Positions 43,594 through 58,815 of a stretch of DNA of 64,000 nucleotides are shown piece by piece (the stretch's first letter is position 1; the number at the start of each line of letters is the position of its first letter). The translations under genes and the position numbers were made by a program. This stretch comes from Eledone cirrhosa (taxonomy: Eukaryota), in assembly GCA_964016885.1 (NCBI GenBank), contig OZ024740.1:296050001-296114000 (forward strand), read 5' to 3'. The notes beneath the pieces were generated by a model. That model did not search any database, was not told the origin of the DNA, and worked only from the letters and a program-made list of their open reading frames with translations.

Positions 43594-45080
43594 GTGAGTA
43601 GCAAAATAAATATTGTCTACCTTAATCAATGTATATTTATTATATACTTGTATCACTATTTATAGTAAATTCAGTTTTGTTTTCCTAACAATCTAAATTT
43701 ATGTATAAGTATTTGCAAACACACACTGTATAGATTAAGTTTAGAAAGTTTATTTGTAACTTACTATTATGAAGTTACTTCTTATCCACGACGTTTGCCC
43801 CGTACAACAAACTATTGTCGATATAATTGCAACACTTCGGCGTATTCTATAAGGAGAATAAGTTTAAATACTATTCCTAATAACGTCGTGTTTCTGTACC
43901 CGAATCTACTAAAAAAAATTGTAAAGCATTTATAATTATTCATAGTGTTTTCTTTATAATATCTCCTTCTCATGGTTTCAGAAAATCCAGTGTTGTATTT
44001 CCCACTTTTACTTTATTTTATTTGATCAAGTTATGTATTTACTAAACATTATACTCGCGTATTTATAGTATTGTTATCTATTTTAGTCTCTGCCTACCAT
44101 CCCCAGGCCCTTTCTGTTTTGAGATTTCTAATGACTACACACACCCACTTTGTACAGTTGGAATAAGTAGCAAACTCAATCCTATCAGCCGGAACACGTG
44201 TTCTTAACTCAGTAGCTGTAACTTCCTAGCGTTATGTTGGCTCTTTGCTAGCTTGACTCGCCAGCTATCTTTATAACCTTCTATAAATTCTGCAGGGATG
44301 ACACTCCTATCAACAAATTTCTTCAGTTAATATTTTCATTAGCCTCAATTTCAGATTGTTGTATACTAAACAATTAGCATGACTGCAGTTTGTTTATTCT
44401 CTAAATCATTTTCGAATTTTCAACCGACCTGCTAGCGTAGAGGTGTAAATTAGTATTAAACTACATTATAAAATTACAACCAACCAAACACGCTTTTGAA
44501 ATTTTCTGTCAACGCGGCAAATAGGAAACTGTTTTATGACATTTAGACTGACTTTCTTTACTTGTAGCGTTCTCTAATCTTTTTTCTGTATCCCCCTCTA
44601 GTTCTATATTACATAACTATCACTTTTAAAGTGATTTTATATTACATTTTAATATATTTAATTTTTACTGCCAAATTATTTCCTCTTCATTCACTGAAAT
44701 TATTATTTACATACATGGTTAGTCATGTAACTAAATGTGACTATATTTTCTGAATTGAACCATACAAAACGTGAAATATTACCTTGTTTGTAAAGTTACT
44801 TTCTATTCACTCGATATTTCATACCAATGTTTAAAATATTACCCAAATAACTAATGGAACCGAGTATTCGCCTTTTTCCTTGTATTTGTATGTTCCGATT
44901 ATTTTACTGTTTATTTTCCGCTAAGTTATGTAAACATATCTTGCATTTTATGTTTTACCTTTAATTCCTTTGTAAACAAAAACTAGTTAAATGGAAAATA
45001 ATTAGAGACCTATCACAAACCTATCGAAATATCGGAATCTCAAATATTTTCAAGGGCAGCACTTCCATGACTTTAATATG

Positions 45081-45184
45081 CAGAGTGTCCCCCCAAAAAA
45101 TATATACACACTATGATTACCTGTACAGGCAATATTTATTAGAATGCTGTTGAAGTGTGTATACATTTTTTTTGTGACACTCTG
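45081..45184. mobile_element. Tiny Tc1/mariner MITE
   Basis: CAGAGTGTCCCC..AAAAAAT.TATACACAC / GTGTGTATACATTTTTTTTGTGACACTCTG-TA. Confidence 0.7.
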
Positions 45185-45409
45185 TACATAGGGTCAGCAA
45201 TACATTTCAATTAAATAGTATTACTATCAGGCCAAATATAAAACCAGTTGCAATATCTTGTGAGTTGTATGCATGAGGTAGTTTCTCCAAAGTAAAATGG
45301 TTCACATTTTTGCCCAGAAAAATTTGTTGCAGTGGATGATATCATTCAAGCTGCAGATAACTAGATTGTGATCAATTGACAGTTGGGCATAGGGTTAGAA
45401 TGTCTCAGG

Positions 45410-45635
45410 AAAGAATCGCTGGACATATTTTATAGGCAAAAGCAACCGGTAGGAGACCCAGGTTTAGACCCCGAGCAAGGTGGTTGGATAACATTCATGA
45501 GCTTGGCTGGTCGTGCTGGGAGATCCGGCCGGATTAGATGTAGACGGTTGCTTCTGACAGGATCCGCTGGAAAGAGTGTTTGAGGACTCTTCCCCCCCCC
45601 CCCGACCCTGTCAAGAATAAGTGGGCGAAGAAGGA
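45410..45635 (+). mobile_element. RTE LINE 3' fragment
   Basis: Homologous to 13080-13293 and 47655-47845. GAAGAAG tail. Confidence 0.6.
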
Positions 45636-47654
45636 TATATACTTGGACAAACGGTTAAAATCTCTGTGGGACTGATTTTGTAGTTAACTAAGACACAACT
45701 AGTTACTTTGATATTTTGTGAGGTAATATTCATGTGTGGATATATTCACAAGATCTAATAAAACGGTATTGCAAATGCCGGATGTTATTTAATATAGGAT
45801 CAACAGGAGAAAGCAGATGAATTGAAACAGCACGGTGTTGATGATGTGATTCAGAGAATTATTTTGGAACAGTTAAACTAGTGGTGTCAAGACAAATGAG
45901 AATTCACTAGTACATAGGAGGATCAGCGAGAAATTTACGAAGCAAACAAGTGGGAATATCTTCAGCATAATTATCACAGGGTTTGTTCAGAGATTTAGTA
46001 CTTGAATACAGTAACATCTAGATAAAATTAAACTGGAAGCCTTAAAGTAAAATTCAGTTCCACAAAGCTGGCTGAGTTGTGATTTTCAGGAAAGGTTACA
46101 AATGACGCTAGAATGCTATGTAAAATTCTAAGACATATTTCTTTGGATAACCTTTTTTCAGCTGTAAGACAAATCTTATCAGTTTCTCCGATAAAGCTGA
46201 TTATATATGATGGCAAAATAACGACACGGAGCTATCATCTGACCTCCTGTTAATGTTTGTGTGTAAGTGTCATTTCAGAAGCTAGACTACCATTCCACTT
46301 CATTTATATTATTCTGTTCTTTCTATGTTTTATCTAACATTATTTTTGTCTTGGAGGCGCCTAATAAAATATTTAATAGTCTTCAGTAATACATCACCAG
46401 TTAATACCGGTATAACTGTTGATATTAAACATAATTAATCTGTATTTGCTTTGACATTTAGAATAACTCAAAATCGTACTATCAATTATTCATTAGAAAA
46501 CATTACTAATCTATAATGCTGCTAAATCGTGTTTCTTTGACGTTGATTTGCTTGCCTTATATATTATAATTGATACCTTAAGGACATTCCTTACGTGTCA
46601 CATAAGTTTTTGTTTTTATAACTGACAGCTTTGTATGGATTTCTCTTGATAAAGTAATGGATTACATTTATTGAAAGAAAACGTTAGGATACTTGCTAAG
46701 ACATACGCTCATTTTATCACAATAACTGTATTTTTAATACTTAAAGCAAAGCACAATTATAGTATAGATTTATCTCCGTCACTTGCATAATAGTCGATTC
46801 CTTGGTCTTTTAGTAACAGATGATCAATCCTAACTACTAATTTGAGAAGGCCAACAACTGCTGTGGTATCCAGTTGATTTAAAAGTAATATAACACTAAT
46901 TTGGCTGAAATTAAAGGTGTTATAAAATAAGTTGTCCAAAGTTTCCCTTTATGTCCCGACTGTGGTTGCATGGAGGTAACTTTAATACTAATTCAAATTA
47001 AGGAAATAGTGTAAACTGTGGAAGATGCGTATATATAAAATAGATTGATTTCTTGATACAATCTAATCCGGAGCTTCGTTTGCTTCATAAGGCTAAATTT
47101 TCTCCAGGAGGAGGAGGGGCAGATGTGAGAGAAGTCTTTTGTGGATCACCAACAGTCAGGCATGCAAATCTTTCCTTTCAACTCTACTGATGTTGTGTAA
47201 GAGAAAGAAAAAGACAGATACAACTTGGCACCAATGACGTTATAAACCGTCTCAGACTTTCTGCGTTGTTTATTGTTATTCTAGAACTAACTTATAACTT
47301 AGGAGGAAGAATACTTTTAGATTGGTTTAGATTTTGAGCAATAAGCTCATTGCATCTCATTAGTTGTGTAGTTGGTTCAGTGATTCAACTTTGACACAGT
47401 TTTAAGTATATTAGATTATAAACAAATACATTTGAAACGATGTAGGCAGATAACGGATATTTGCTGACTAAACATAATAAGGAAATATGCACCTTTTAAA
47501 ATTCTATTTAAGAAATTATCTGGATGCCAAATATGTTTGTTTACAAGATGTTTAGTGTTCTGAATCACCGCAGTATATTACTGTTAATTAATTTCAGTTC
47601 TCTTTAGGATAAAAAGGAATCGAATTAAGCAAGATTTAAATTGAGAATGTAGAA

Positions 47655-47845
47655 TCGCTGGACAGATTTTACGCGCAAAGCCAGCCGGCAGGAGACTCAG
47701 GGGTAGACCCCAAGCAAGATTGTTGGATAACATCCTTAAGTTTGGCTGGGACTCAGCCGGATCAGTTGGAAATGGACCTGCTGGAAGGAGTGTTTGAGGA
47801 CTCTTACCCCCACGATTCCCAGGGATAAGTGGGCGAAGAAGACGA
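47655..47845 (+). mobile_element. RTE LINE 3' fragment
   Basis: Homologous to 45410-45635. Confidence 0.6.
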
Positions 47846-49480
47846 AATTCAAGTCTCAGTCTTGAAAGTGTCGATTCACAAATACAGTATAGACTTTAAT
47901 ATAGCTCAACAAAATGGATTGGAATTTTAATTTCAGTAGGATCTTTTTTACGCTAAGTTGACTTAAGGTAACAAATTGGCAAAAGCATAAAACATTTACG
48001 TTATTTATTCCAGCTCTTTGCATTCTGTATTTAAATCCAAGTAAAGTCAACTTTCTCTTTCATCTTTCCGGGATCAATAAAGTACAAGTCTAGAGCGGTG
48101 GACGGGTGGAATCATTAGAGCTTCAAATAGGACGCTTTGAGGTTTGTTCCGGCTCTTTGTGTTCTGATCTCCAACCTCACCGTAGCCTACTTAGGTAGTC
48201 ACTCGGTTAAACTATACCACCCTGCTCTTAGGTGCTTTTGGCGAAAACCAGTATATTACAAACATTTGCGCCCGGTCTCCAGTTCAAAAATACCTTCTTC
48301 ATTCTTTCTGTGTTAGTGAATGAAAACTTAGCGTTATATGGATCTTCTCTGTGAAAATATACCTAATAGCTCGGAATAAGTTATTTTTCTACTAATAAAT
48401 TTCATGCATGATTATACAATAACCTGTTGTTTTGTTTCTATGTATGGAGCCGTAACTCCTGATGGAGTTGTAAGGGGCTATACGGTATGTCATGTGTATT
48501 TTAAACCTATAACAACATTAAATATTTATTTGCTAGTATCCCTCACTGGACTATGTTATGGTGTAGCCTTGAATGGTTTTCTAGTCGATCCTATCCCCGC
48601 CCATTGCTTATTTCAGGCTGGTACTTATTTTCCCTAGCTCTATTTATCAAATGGTTAGTTTTTTGATTTATAGATATTCAACTCGATACACTGACCCCCG
48701 CGCACTCACAGAATATGGGGATGCGCACAGTTTCTGCCTACCAAATTCCATTCATAAGTTATTGGACAAGCCGAGACAACGGTAGGGGAAGCTCAATCAA
48801 GGTGTCACTTTAAACCAATGAAGGTAACATGCAGAGAATACACGAATAGCATTCAGTTACCTTCATCTGCCCTATACGATTGCAGCATTGAAAGTTAACA
48901 TACTGAAATATATAATTTCTCGTTCCTCAAACCAGCGAACTCTCCATATATCATAGTACAAAGTGAAACAGCTGGAGTTAAATGGATTTCATATCACCGT
49001 TTACGATACACGAACAACTAAACTAGCTGGTACACTAAATCCCTGGTCAGTTTCGTTAGGGTCCAGCTTCGGTTAAGGTAATTTGAAAACCTTAACTTCG
49101 AGATGACACCTATCATTCTTCATGTATTGCAATTATGTGATGTTAGAATTCTTTATAACATATATTACTTCAAATGCTTTGACTTACAGAAGACATGGTC
49201 GCTCGAATTGGTGGAAATAACAACCAAATCGCTCTTAAATCATTCTTGTTTTTATAAAAGGGAAAGATATATTAGATAAGGTAGTCGGGCTATCTAGAGA
49301 GAAGAAATGGTCATAACTAAAATACCTTTGTGCATAGGTCTGATCAAATAGGACTGACCTGAACTTAACAATATGGGGAAAGGTCGCAGCTACGTTTTTC
49401 AAATGTATGCTTCACTTTCTTCATCTGACGAATTTAATGAAATCAAAATTAATTTTTAAATCAATGTATTTTACGGTATA

Positions 49481-49852
49481 TACTCTCGGGTCTCATAATT
49501 GCCCCCCCCCCCCTTATTAATTCTTCAATTTTTTCCACCCCACCTCCGCTCTTACCCCATGCGTATTAAATTTTGCTTATCTATCTCCAGCGAAATTTTA
49601 TTTTAAGTGGTAGCATTCCCACGACAATTAATTTTCTTTATACATTAAATAAACATAATACACGACAAAAAAAAAAGTACATTACTAGAAATCCCGGACG
49701 TCAAGAATAAATAGGATGAGTTGGGGTCTCATGTAAACTAAACGACTAATTCTGGTTTAAAAAAAAAATCAATGGAGACAACCTAGAAAAATTAGCGATT
49801 TTCCACCCACTCCACTTATTCAACCCACCACCCCATTTGGGACCCGAAAGTA
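49481..49852. mobile_element. TA-flanked MITE (same family as 17846)
   Basis: TACTCTCGGGTCTCA ... TGGGACCCGAAAGTA termini. Internal similarity to 17900-18308. Confidence 0.7.
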
Positions 49853-50649
49853 CTTTGTTTCATTTTATTTGTAAGAGAGGATTATAGTTGATAGAATTCT
49901 CTTCAATATTACTTGTAGTGTTTGTAGGGTCCTTTCTTTTTTTTTTTAGGCAAAAAGCTAAATCCATATCCGCGGGCTTTCACTCTGACTATTTTATGAT
50001 AATTTAGATTTACTGTTTTCTTAAATTCAACAGGCTTATGACACGTAAATATTTCGACTGCATTAGGTACAGGCCTAAATGTCCAGCTTAGACGTTCCTC
50101 TATTCGCACTATCCATCCTGTTGCTGCTCTCCTTGTCTCACGCTAAGTGGACGATCTCATCCACATTTGAGAATTAGTTTTAATACAGATAGATACGTCT
50201 TGACTAACGTGTAACATTCGAACTTTTTCATTGTTAAATATTTTGATTTTGATTACGTTTCATAGTCTATTTTTTAAAGCCTCACTTCGTCTTGGTTTAT
50301 TTTATACTTTTAAAGACTCACTTTGTCTTTGTTTATTTTATATTTTTAAAAAATGGTATATATAGAATTAGTTTTTATAGGCTGGAGATATCTTCAATCT
50401 CGCATACTAAACTTTTATTTCTATTAACTATTTCAAACTGTTAACGTTTTGTACACATCCAAAACGCATTTCATTTTTTAAATAACTAAGTGATGTAGAC
50501 CACAAACAGCAGCATATGACATATATTAACTATAACACGAATCAACAAGTCTCTATGCAGTCACTTAACAGCAAAATTCGTTCTTAGGTTTGCTCAGGCA
50601 GGGCTGACTTGGGATTAACCAGCTGACAGAACAGTAGCATGTGCTGCAA

Positions 50650-50826
50650 ATAATTGTTTCTATTTTAGGCACAAGGCCAGCAATTAGCCAGTACATTACT
50701 GGTACTTTGTTTTATCGACCCTGTAAGGATGAAAGGCAAAGTTAACCTCGGCAGGATTTGAACTCAGATCGTAAAGGGACGTAACTATGCTGGAAAGCAT
50801 GTCCGACCCTCTACCGATACTGCCAA
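50650..50826 (-). mobile_element. SINE family A
   Basis: Reverse copy of 58060-58247. Confidence 0.85.
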
Positions 50827-53800
50827 TGCAAATAATAACCGTAAATATTGCTTTTATTTGTGGCTGCTTGAAACGCTTATTGAATCCTTTTACATCAGGT
50901 TTAGTTAAATATTGCTTGTTCATACAACCCACTGATTTTTGTCCAATTTAATATCTTTTTTTTTTTTTTTTTTTTAAATAGCCTGTGTTCCTTTTTAAGT
51001 GGGAATGAGTTATCATTTCTTTCGGCTTCAACAAAATATGGCAGGACAATTAATTTACCATTTCGATTAAAGAAACGTTATCCTTGACCTAAGCCAAGAA
51101 TAAGCTGAAAATTTGATGTAGTAATTACATTTCATGTATGATGGAAAAGTGTATATAACATGAAATGTCTGTCTTGTGTAACACTTATCCCAAAAGGCCA
51201 TTGATATGATTTACGTATATGCGAAACAACTTTTCAGGGTAAAAAAAAACATGGTTACTGCAATCCTAATTTTTTTTTACTTATTTTTTATTTCGAGAAA
51301 ATTCAAAGCTCTCATGGGACAAGCTATAAGCTATAGTACAAATTTAGAACACACTTCAATTTTATAAGGAATTGATCATTAAGAACCGCCAGTAAAAGGA
51401 GACATCAAGATAATATTTAGTTTACGTATTTTGTTCAGATGGCTTTCATTATTGTAATCCTTAGTCAAAGACTGCACTAAATTACTTCGTTATTAATCTT
51501 CTTGATTGGAGAATATAACATTTAAACGATACTTAACATGGCCTATTAGTGCAGTCAATGTAAATTGAATATTTCCAAGTGAATTCGATATTAGATGTGT
51601 TATAAACCCCAAAGTGAGTACCATGTAACATGAGTTTACAAATTTAGTGTCTTCAATAAAGGAACTCTCTATGAAAAAATGTGTCTGCAGCCAGATGAAA
51701 TATTTAGTATACAGTTGGGTGAACAAAATGTATTGATACAAAATTTGTGGGAATTTTTCGAAACAGTTATATCTAAAATGATAACGTAAAATATTATTTG
51801 GTCACCTAAAAACTTGATAAATTTTTGACTAATCCGACACTGCTCATAATTCTTTTATGTACACTATATGACATGTCAAAGTCACTCGGTTCGCTTTTCA
51901 AATTGCAAGTTTAGGTTATAATTTATAAACACCAGTATCATATTTCTAAGACCAATATGGTATACATCTAAGGAGTACAGCGGGCGTCTACATGTTGAGG
52001 ATAGCAAAATTCCGTTGAAAGTTCATATTAAGAATTAAGAGTTAATTATATAAGACGTTGTAACAAACAGCAATACAACACATGTATGATTGAAATATTA
52101 AGTGTCACTATAAAAACTAATATATGGTACCTTCTAAATAGTTTCCCAGAAATATTTATGCCTAACTTCCCAGTTTGTTTGTATTAACTGATTTTTATCC
52201 AAGCAACGTTTGCTATTTTCTAATTATCTTAAGTCATCAGTGAATATTTGTTTACTTAGAATTTATTCACCTCCCGTACTTAACAAAAATTACAAATCAA
52301 TACATGTAAAAAATAAATATAATGACATGTGTTCTCTGTTGCTAAAAATCATTTCATGGGTTATCGCCCCATGTTTAATATTCTAATAGTTATTTATCAG
52401 GTCCTTGTGGTTGAGCCCTTAGATAGGCTTATTCAGAAGGTTAACTATCTCTCAATTTCTAGATATACGAACTCTGGGAAATTTCTGAGATATTCCTCAA
52501 AATACAGGTATGAACTTGATTGGTCTCAAAAGTGGTTTCAGATATGAAAGTCGCATTTTCATTTGATATGCAAAATCCTTCACTAGATCTCAGATCCTTT
52601 CTCCAGTTTTAATTATCCACGAACACTATTCTATATTTCGAATCGGTCACTATATCACTAATAACTATATCAGAGAGCCACTACCGTAATGTTTTTAAGT
52701 TCAATTAAACCAGTTATAAAGTTGTCTTTAATTTTACATCCATTTTAAGATAAAACATTAGGAAAGCAGCTGTAAACCGAACGACATTCTAATGGGAATT
52801 GCTGCTAATAGACAGAATGGACTATAAGATCTGGGTGGCATGGTACAGCAACTGATGAAAAACGGTAGGCGGAGTAAAACATTTATTAAACTCTCTCCTG
52901 GGATAAGAGTTGTAGATATGTTAGATTCATTTTAACAAGAAATTCAGATGTTAAATAATGTGGGTGGTGATTAACTGAGCTATATTTGCTTAATATATTT
53001 GTACTTTAAACTGTTCATTAATTCTTAGCGTGTAAGTTAGGCAACTCATAATAGTAAACCATGTACAAAGAATGAACTGAATGAATGGTTATTAAGCTAT
53101 TGATTCAAAGACAGTATTCCTCGTTTTCAGACTTCGATCTTAGCTGTAGTCTGCTTTTGGACATTCCTTTGTGTTATTCCATATTAAGCTAGAATATATC
53201 ATACTGGCGGTAAATAGTAAGATCTGTACTCATATAATATGAAATGTTGGGCTATATTTCCTAAATTATGTGGAATTTGCTAAATATAACTATACTATTT
53301 AGGTTCAATCACATACATTCTAATTTCAAACTTCATTGAATCTGCCGTTTTCTTCTTTCATTTTTAAGGCTCAATACTACCTTCATATGCCAATGAAACA
53401 AATATATATTGAATTTATTTTTAGGATTCTGTTTCGGAAAGTATTTGCTCAACTTCCGACAGAAAATACATCCCTTTTTACATGTGTAATTGGTAATTAA
53501 ATCTCTACAAGTGAGAAATTTTAACTTTATTTTATTGCAACCAAAGTAATGGCATTTGAATAACAAAATATTTAGTAACAGGTAAAAAGAGAATCTTCGG
53601 TAGCCCTTATTTAATCTCTCAATCTCCTTCAAAGAGTAAGTAAATCTTACACAGTGGCACCCTAGTGTAAGGACAGGATATTGAATTATATAGTACTTCA
53701 CATCCCTAAAAAAGACGAGACTTTCACGGCTGGAATGCCTCTGATTATAGGTTTGTTAAATCATCTCAAACGAACAAATTAAAGTAATGAAAAGCATGTT

Positions 53801-54290
53801 TCATCTTGTAAGCATAACAAAAGAGGGCAACAAAATGCTTCTTTTCAAAGAAAATTACAAATAATATTTTCCTCTAGAAAATCTTTAAATTAGTCATAAG
53901 ATAGCTGATTAGAAATAAAGATTGCATATTGATATCAAATGTAAGGACCAGTTGAAACAGAGAAAATAAAAATCCCACCGACTGGAGATGAATAGCGAGA
54001 GGCAATGTTACCGATGACATCAAAGAATTTCTGCCGTTCCAGTTTTTCAAATCTGATACTACTATAATTTGTTTCTCTTATTTCAAATGAGTTACTTTAT
54101 CTGCACAATATAATTCGACAGATATTTGGTGTTAGCAGAATCGGTTATTTTGTTAAAATCCAATATAACAAGGCTCTTTAACTTGGTTTGCTGTTTGCAT
54201 CGAGAAATATCAGTCCTCCCATAAATAGTTTCTCTTTTCTGTTTCCTAGTCAATAACGTATCTTTTTACATTAAAAATTTTAGCAGTTAA

Positions 54291-54515
54291 CCCCTTTCAT
54301 ACCACCCCGTCCCAAACCACAGAGATTCTATAACAAATCTCTTGTTTAATGTATTCATATTTAAATAAAAAATAATTTCATGGAAGAATATTTTTGCTCA
54401 ACTAAGCTAATATGATTAATAATATGGTTAGTTTCTTTTTTAATAAATCCCTTTAAATTGTTTAATTATTTACAAAATTAATTGAAAAGACAAGCTGGAT
54501 ATTTCATCAAAAGGG
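54291..54515. mobile_element. Possible piggyBac-like MITE
   Basis: TTAA-CCCCTTTCAT ... ATCAAAAGGG-TTAA (TIR 8/10, TTAA TSD). Confidence 0.45.
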
Positions 54516-57235
54516 TTAAATCAAGATTGCACATTATTAAGAATGATGAAATACCTCATGGAATGTTTTCCTTGTAAAAAATAGAATTAAAAGATTTATT
54601 CTCCTCTTCTCTCTCTTCCTCTTGAGTTATCCTTCATTCGATGGTGAAGCATTCATTTTGCCTTTTCTAATGGTTAGAATATATGTGACGAGCCACATCT
54701 GCACATTCGTAGATTTCTTTGCTAACTGGAGCAGTTGTGCCAATCGATTGTCGAATTAATAATCGATCATAGCTAAGCCACTGATGATCATGATGCCGAG
54801 GTCATCTAATTCAACTGATGATCGTCGCATGAGCTACTGCTTACTATGAAACAAGCAGGATTTTTATCGGCGCTGACTCATAGATCCCACCTGTTCAGCT
54901 AGATTATGCCACGATAGCCATATCAGAGGCACCTCGTGTAGGATGTGGATTTTCACCTCTAACTGAGAGAGGCTAGATGTTCAGCTTGAATGAGCATATA
55001 TTGCGCGTCATCAGTTCGCTGAGTGGCATGTTGAACACACACTGGGACACAAAAAAGACCATCCAGTGAACTTACCTACAAATCTGTATACTCTTAAATT
55101 AACATATACATATATACACATTATTGGATGGTCGTTGACTCACATGAATTCCTCTGCCCTTTGTCTGGTTTTCTTTTTCACTCTGCAGGGTGTCTATAAG
55201 CAAACTTGGTGGGGTAGTTAGTTTAGTCGCCGGCGACTCAACCATGTGACAGGTTGTAATGGGTTACTTGTTACTAGTAGCATCCAGGAATGGCCTGACA
55301 TAAAACTATTTATGATGTAAAAGAATTATATGACTTAACTATTGGTAGCGATTCATTGATTATCATATGACATGACTGATTCATTCATTAATATCCTTAC
55401 CTGTGGAGATTCCTCGCTTTATAAATGTTCATATTTCTTATGTGAAGCACACATCGATAAACCTTCATACCATTGTTTAATTTCGATTAGCTCTTCGATT
55501 TCGTTCCACGCTTAATCTTCTTAAACGCAGTAGCATGTCTAGCAAAATGGCTTTTCTTCTTTAGTTTCGTTCGTTTTATGGTCTTATAGCTGGATTGATT
55601 CAGTTCAATGTAACCCCTCTTTCCAACATTTGTAGTTCTGTGTTAATGTTACAAGTTAGTACTAATGGTGACACTTGCATACCTGATCGATTCAATAGAA
55701 AATAATTCATGAACAATAAATCAATTATTGTGTGCCTGTGTGGCATAGTTAAAAAACTATTTTCAATAGTCTATTTTCAATAGTCTACTTATAACCAATG
55801 ACAGTCCAGTCATGACCATCATGTTTTTGGGGAGGTATATAATACTAATTCATCCAATGTGTCCTTTCGTTCATCAAAACGATGAAATATGATTTGAAAG
55901 AAACTTGGTTGATATTTCTAGCTTGTCTAACTACAGTGTAAAGGTTTCCAAATTGGCCTGTATACCTTTATAGCCAAATTCTATGGTGAGATTTAGAATG
56001 ATATAATAAATGTTTCTAACATAGACACACGGTCAGAAAATTTGTAGTAGATTAAATTTACCTCAGTACTCAATTGATACTTTATTCTATTGACCACGAA
56101 AGGGTGAAGTCACAGTGGGTGATAATTTTATTTGTATTTGTACAATAAAAAACTTATGAAAAACTGTTACGAAGTGTACAGGGATAGACAATTTCCCTTT
56201 GCATATCGTCTAGACTTTTGTCCCAAATGTGCCCGAGAAGAACTAGACCACATATCATTTCATGTCATCTCGCTGCTTATAAAATGCCCGTACGTGCCGC
56301 AAAGGTGACAAGTTAATTCACCAATGTGTAGTCTGTATTTTATGTCAACCTATGTATTACAACCCCGGCCCATGGGGGGCTGTATTGCGCACCAGTTCAG
56401 TCTAATTCGTTGTTTCAACCTCAATTTTGGAGTACCAGGCCCACATTTTATATGCTCTACTCTGAACTGGGAAGACATCATCATACACTTCCTTTCCTTT
56501 GTTTGCTTGTGGAAACCTTCTTCAGCCTTTGGAAAGAAGTGGTATGTAACTTACCTCCTTACCCATTTTAAATACATTCCTTATGTAAGGAGACACACTC
56601 CTTTGTGACATACCGCTGTCACGCGTCTAAAACCAACTTTTCACTAGGAATGTAATAAGCAAAATTAAAAAAATAAAAAACCTGTTGCTAATAGATTTGT
56701 TTTTTATCGCATACGTTTGCGTTGTTACTAGCACTAGTTTCTGTCGTACATATTTGTGTATTGGGCTGTCAAATTGTGACTGTCCTTGCATGTGTATGTT
56801 TTCCATCACCACGGTTTTTTTTGTTGTGTTCAACTTTTTGTTTAATTCTGTTCCTCTTTTTTTTTTGTAAATTCACTTCTGTGTATTCGCAAATTATTTC
56901 GACATTTTGTGGGAGCGTATTCTGAGCTACTTACTTTCTTACCTCTTACTATCCCTCTAGTAAAAGATGTCTTATTGAAAGATGTAAACAGTTTTGTTTT
57001 TCAAAATGTAAAATAATGATGATAAAAGCTCCGAAGTAGCATATTTGTAAAATAATTGAAAAGAAATTGTTTATCCAGTAAAATTTCTTGGAGATATCGA
57101 AGCTATAAAAATATGTCCGTTCACGCCAAAACAAATTAGCTAGTACCTATTAACATAACTAGTTTTATTTTTAAAAAAATTAACAATGAGTTTTAAATGT
57201 AGAATATTAGGAAAGTGTCTAAATATAAACATTTA

Positions 57236-57450
57236 TTGGATTGGCAGAATTAATAGAGCGTCGGATAAAAAATGCCATGGCGGTATTTGATCTGACTCTT
57301 TACATTCTGCGTTCAAATCCCTTCGAGGTTAATTTTATTTTTCATCCTACCAGGGTCGATAAAATAAAATACCAATCAAGTACTGGGGTTGATTCAATCA
57401 ACTTTGCCTTTCTCCCAAATATTTTAGCCTTGTGCCTAAATTAGAAATCA
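57236..57450 (+). mobile_element. SINE family A (diverged)
   Basis: GGATTGGCAGAAT head, GTTCAAATCC, GGGTCGATAAAATAAA, GCCTTGTGCCTAAATTAGAAA tail. Confidence 0.75.
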
Positions 57451-58059
57451 ATATAATAATTTTGTATAATGTTCACTTTAAATAAGCATGGAGACAGCAC
57501 AGCTCTGTATCAAACTTTTTATTTGTTACTGTTTAGCTCTGATCAAGCAAGATCTATGAGCAAAGATATGCGAGCTGTAACCATGCTATATATTTGAATA
57601 TCCAATGCTGTATGAGGGTTAGGGAGAGGTGGTCTATAATTTCTAACAAATAAAGTGACCACATTTTGTTGCCAATCATCTTGTAAGGGTTATTCCATAT
57701 GTGATGCTATGTACACGGGCCAACAAAAGGCATCTCCATCTATTCGTTTGACAAATAGCAGCCAAATTATAACTTGCACTCTACCGTCTAAGAAAAGAAA
57801 TGACACATTGTACCATGTACCCCTATATGTATAAAAAGGTGGAATGGTCTTAACAGGTTTGTCTTCCATCATAGGTTTGCTCAATCAGGGCTAACCAGAG
57901 GTTCAATAACCTCATATATACTTTTGTCAAGTCGTCTTAAATTGTTGAATTTCTCGTCGTTGTCTCTGGTATTGGGGATTGAGATATAGATCTTAATAAA
58001 ATGCTGTTACACTTCTTAGCCATGGATGTTTTTTACCATACTTCCTTTACAGATATACC

Positions 58060-58247
58060 AAGGTGGATTGGCAGTATCGGTAGAGGGTCGGATGCCATGC
58101 TTTCCAGCATAGTTACGTCCCTTACCGATCTGAGTTCAAATCCCGCCGAGGTTGACTTTGCCTTTCATCCTTACGGGGTCGATAAAATAAAGTACCTGTA
58201 ATACACTGGGATAATTGCTGGCCTTGTTCCAAAAGTAGAAACAATTA
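58060..58247 (+). mobile_element. SINE family A, reference-like copy
   Basis: GGTGGATTGGCAGTATCGGTAGAG (box A-like) and GAGTTCAAATCCCGCCGAGG (box B). Further partial copies at ~10613, 22206, 23694 and 39866. Confidence 0.88.
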
Positions 58248-58815
58248 TTTGTTGATTAATTTTGACAAAACAAAAGAAAGTTCGAATAATGGAAGAACCC
58301 TTGTCCAATTTAGAAAATCGACAATTTTGTGTTGCTCTGTTTTATTTGGCCTGCTCCCATAAATGAATGATTTTTACAGGAATTTATTTTCTGTATAAGA
58401 TTAGTTTGTATTGTATGAAGTCTCTCTCTCGTGCACTGAACACACGTACGTTTGACTATAGAATAACAATAATGCAATGTGTCTATATGCACACAAATTT
58501 ATTTGGTATTTCTTTCTATAGTTAAGCTGCCTACCTGTGGGCTTCATCTCTCTCTTATCTCTTAGATTTAAGTTCCCTGTCAGATCGCAGCATACATTGA
58601 CATAGCTACACCCTCCAGTCCACGCCCTATCAATGCAGGTTTGGTTATCTACCTCACACTTTCACTCTGTGAGTTAATAACTCATTTCCTGCCAAACAAC
58701 ATCCACATTTACTCTCTTGCCTACAGCACACAGGCATTATCCATATGCTACTTAGAGACCTCCAAGAAATCTGCCCTACTTTCGTGGATAGAAATTTCGA
58801 AAATATCCTCTAGTG

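Noticed and set aside
49420-49450. CTGACGA...GAAA hammerhead-like spacing
   Set aside because: No credible stem I or III; likely chance.
50965-55220. Acceptor-like sites (50980, 55188) as GST exon 2
   Set aside because: Both hit a stop within a few codons in the required phase and lack GST motifs.
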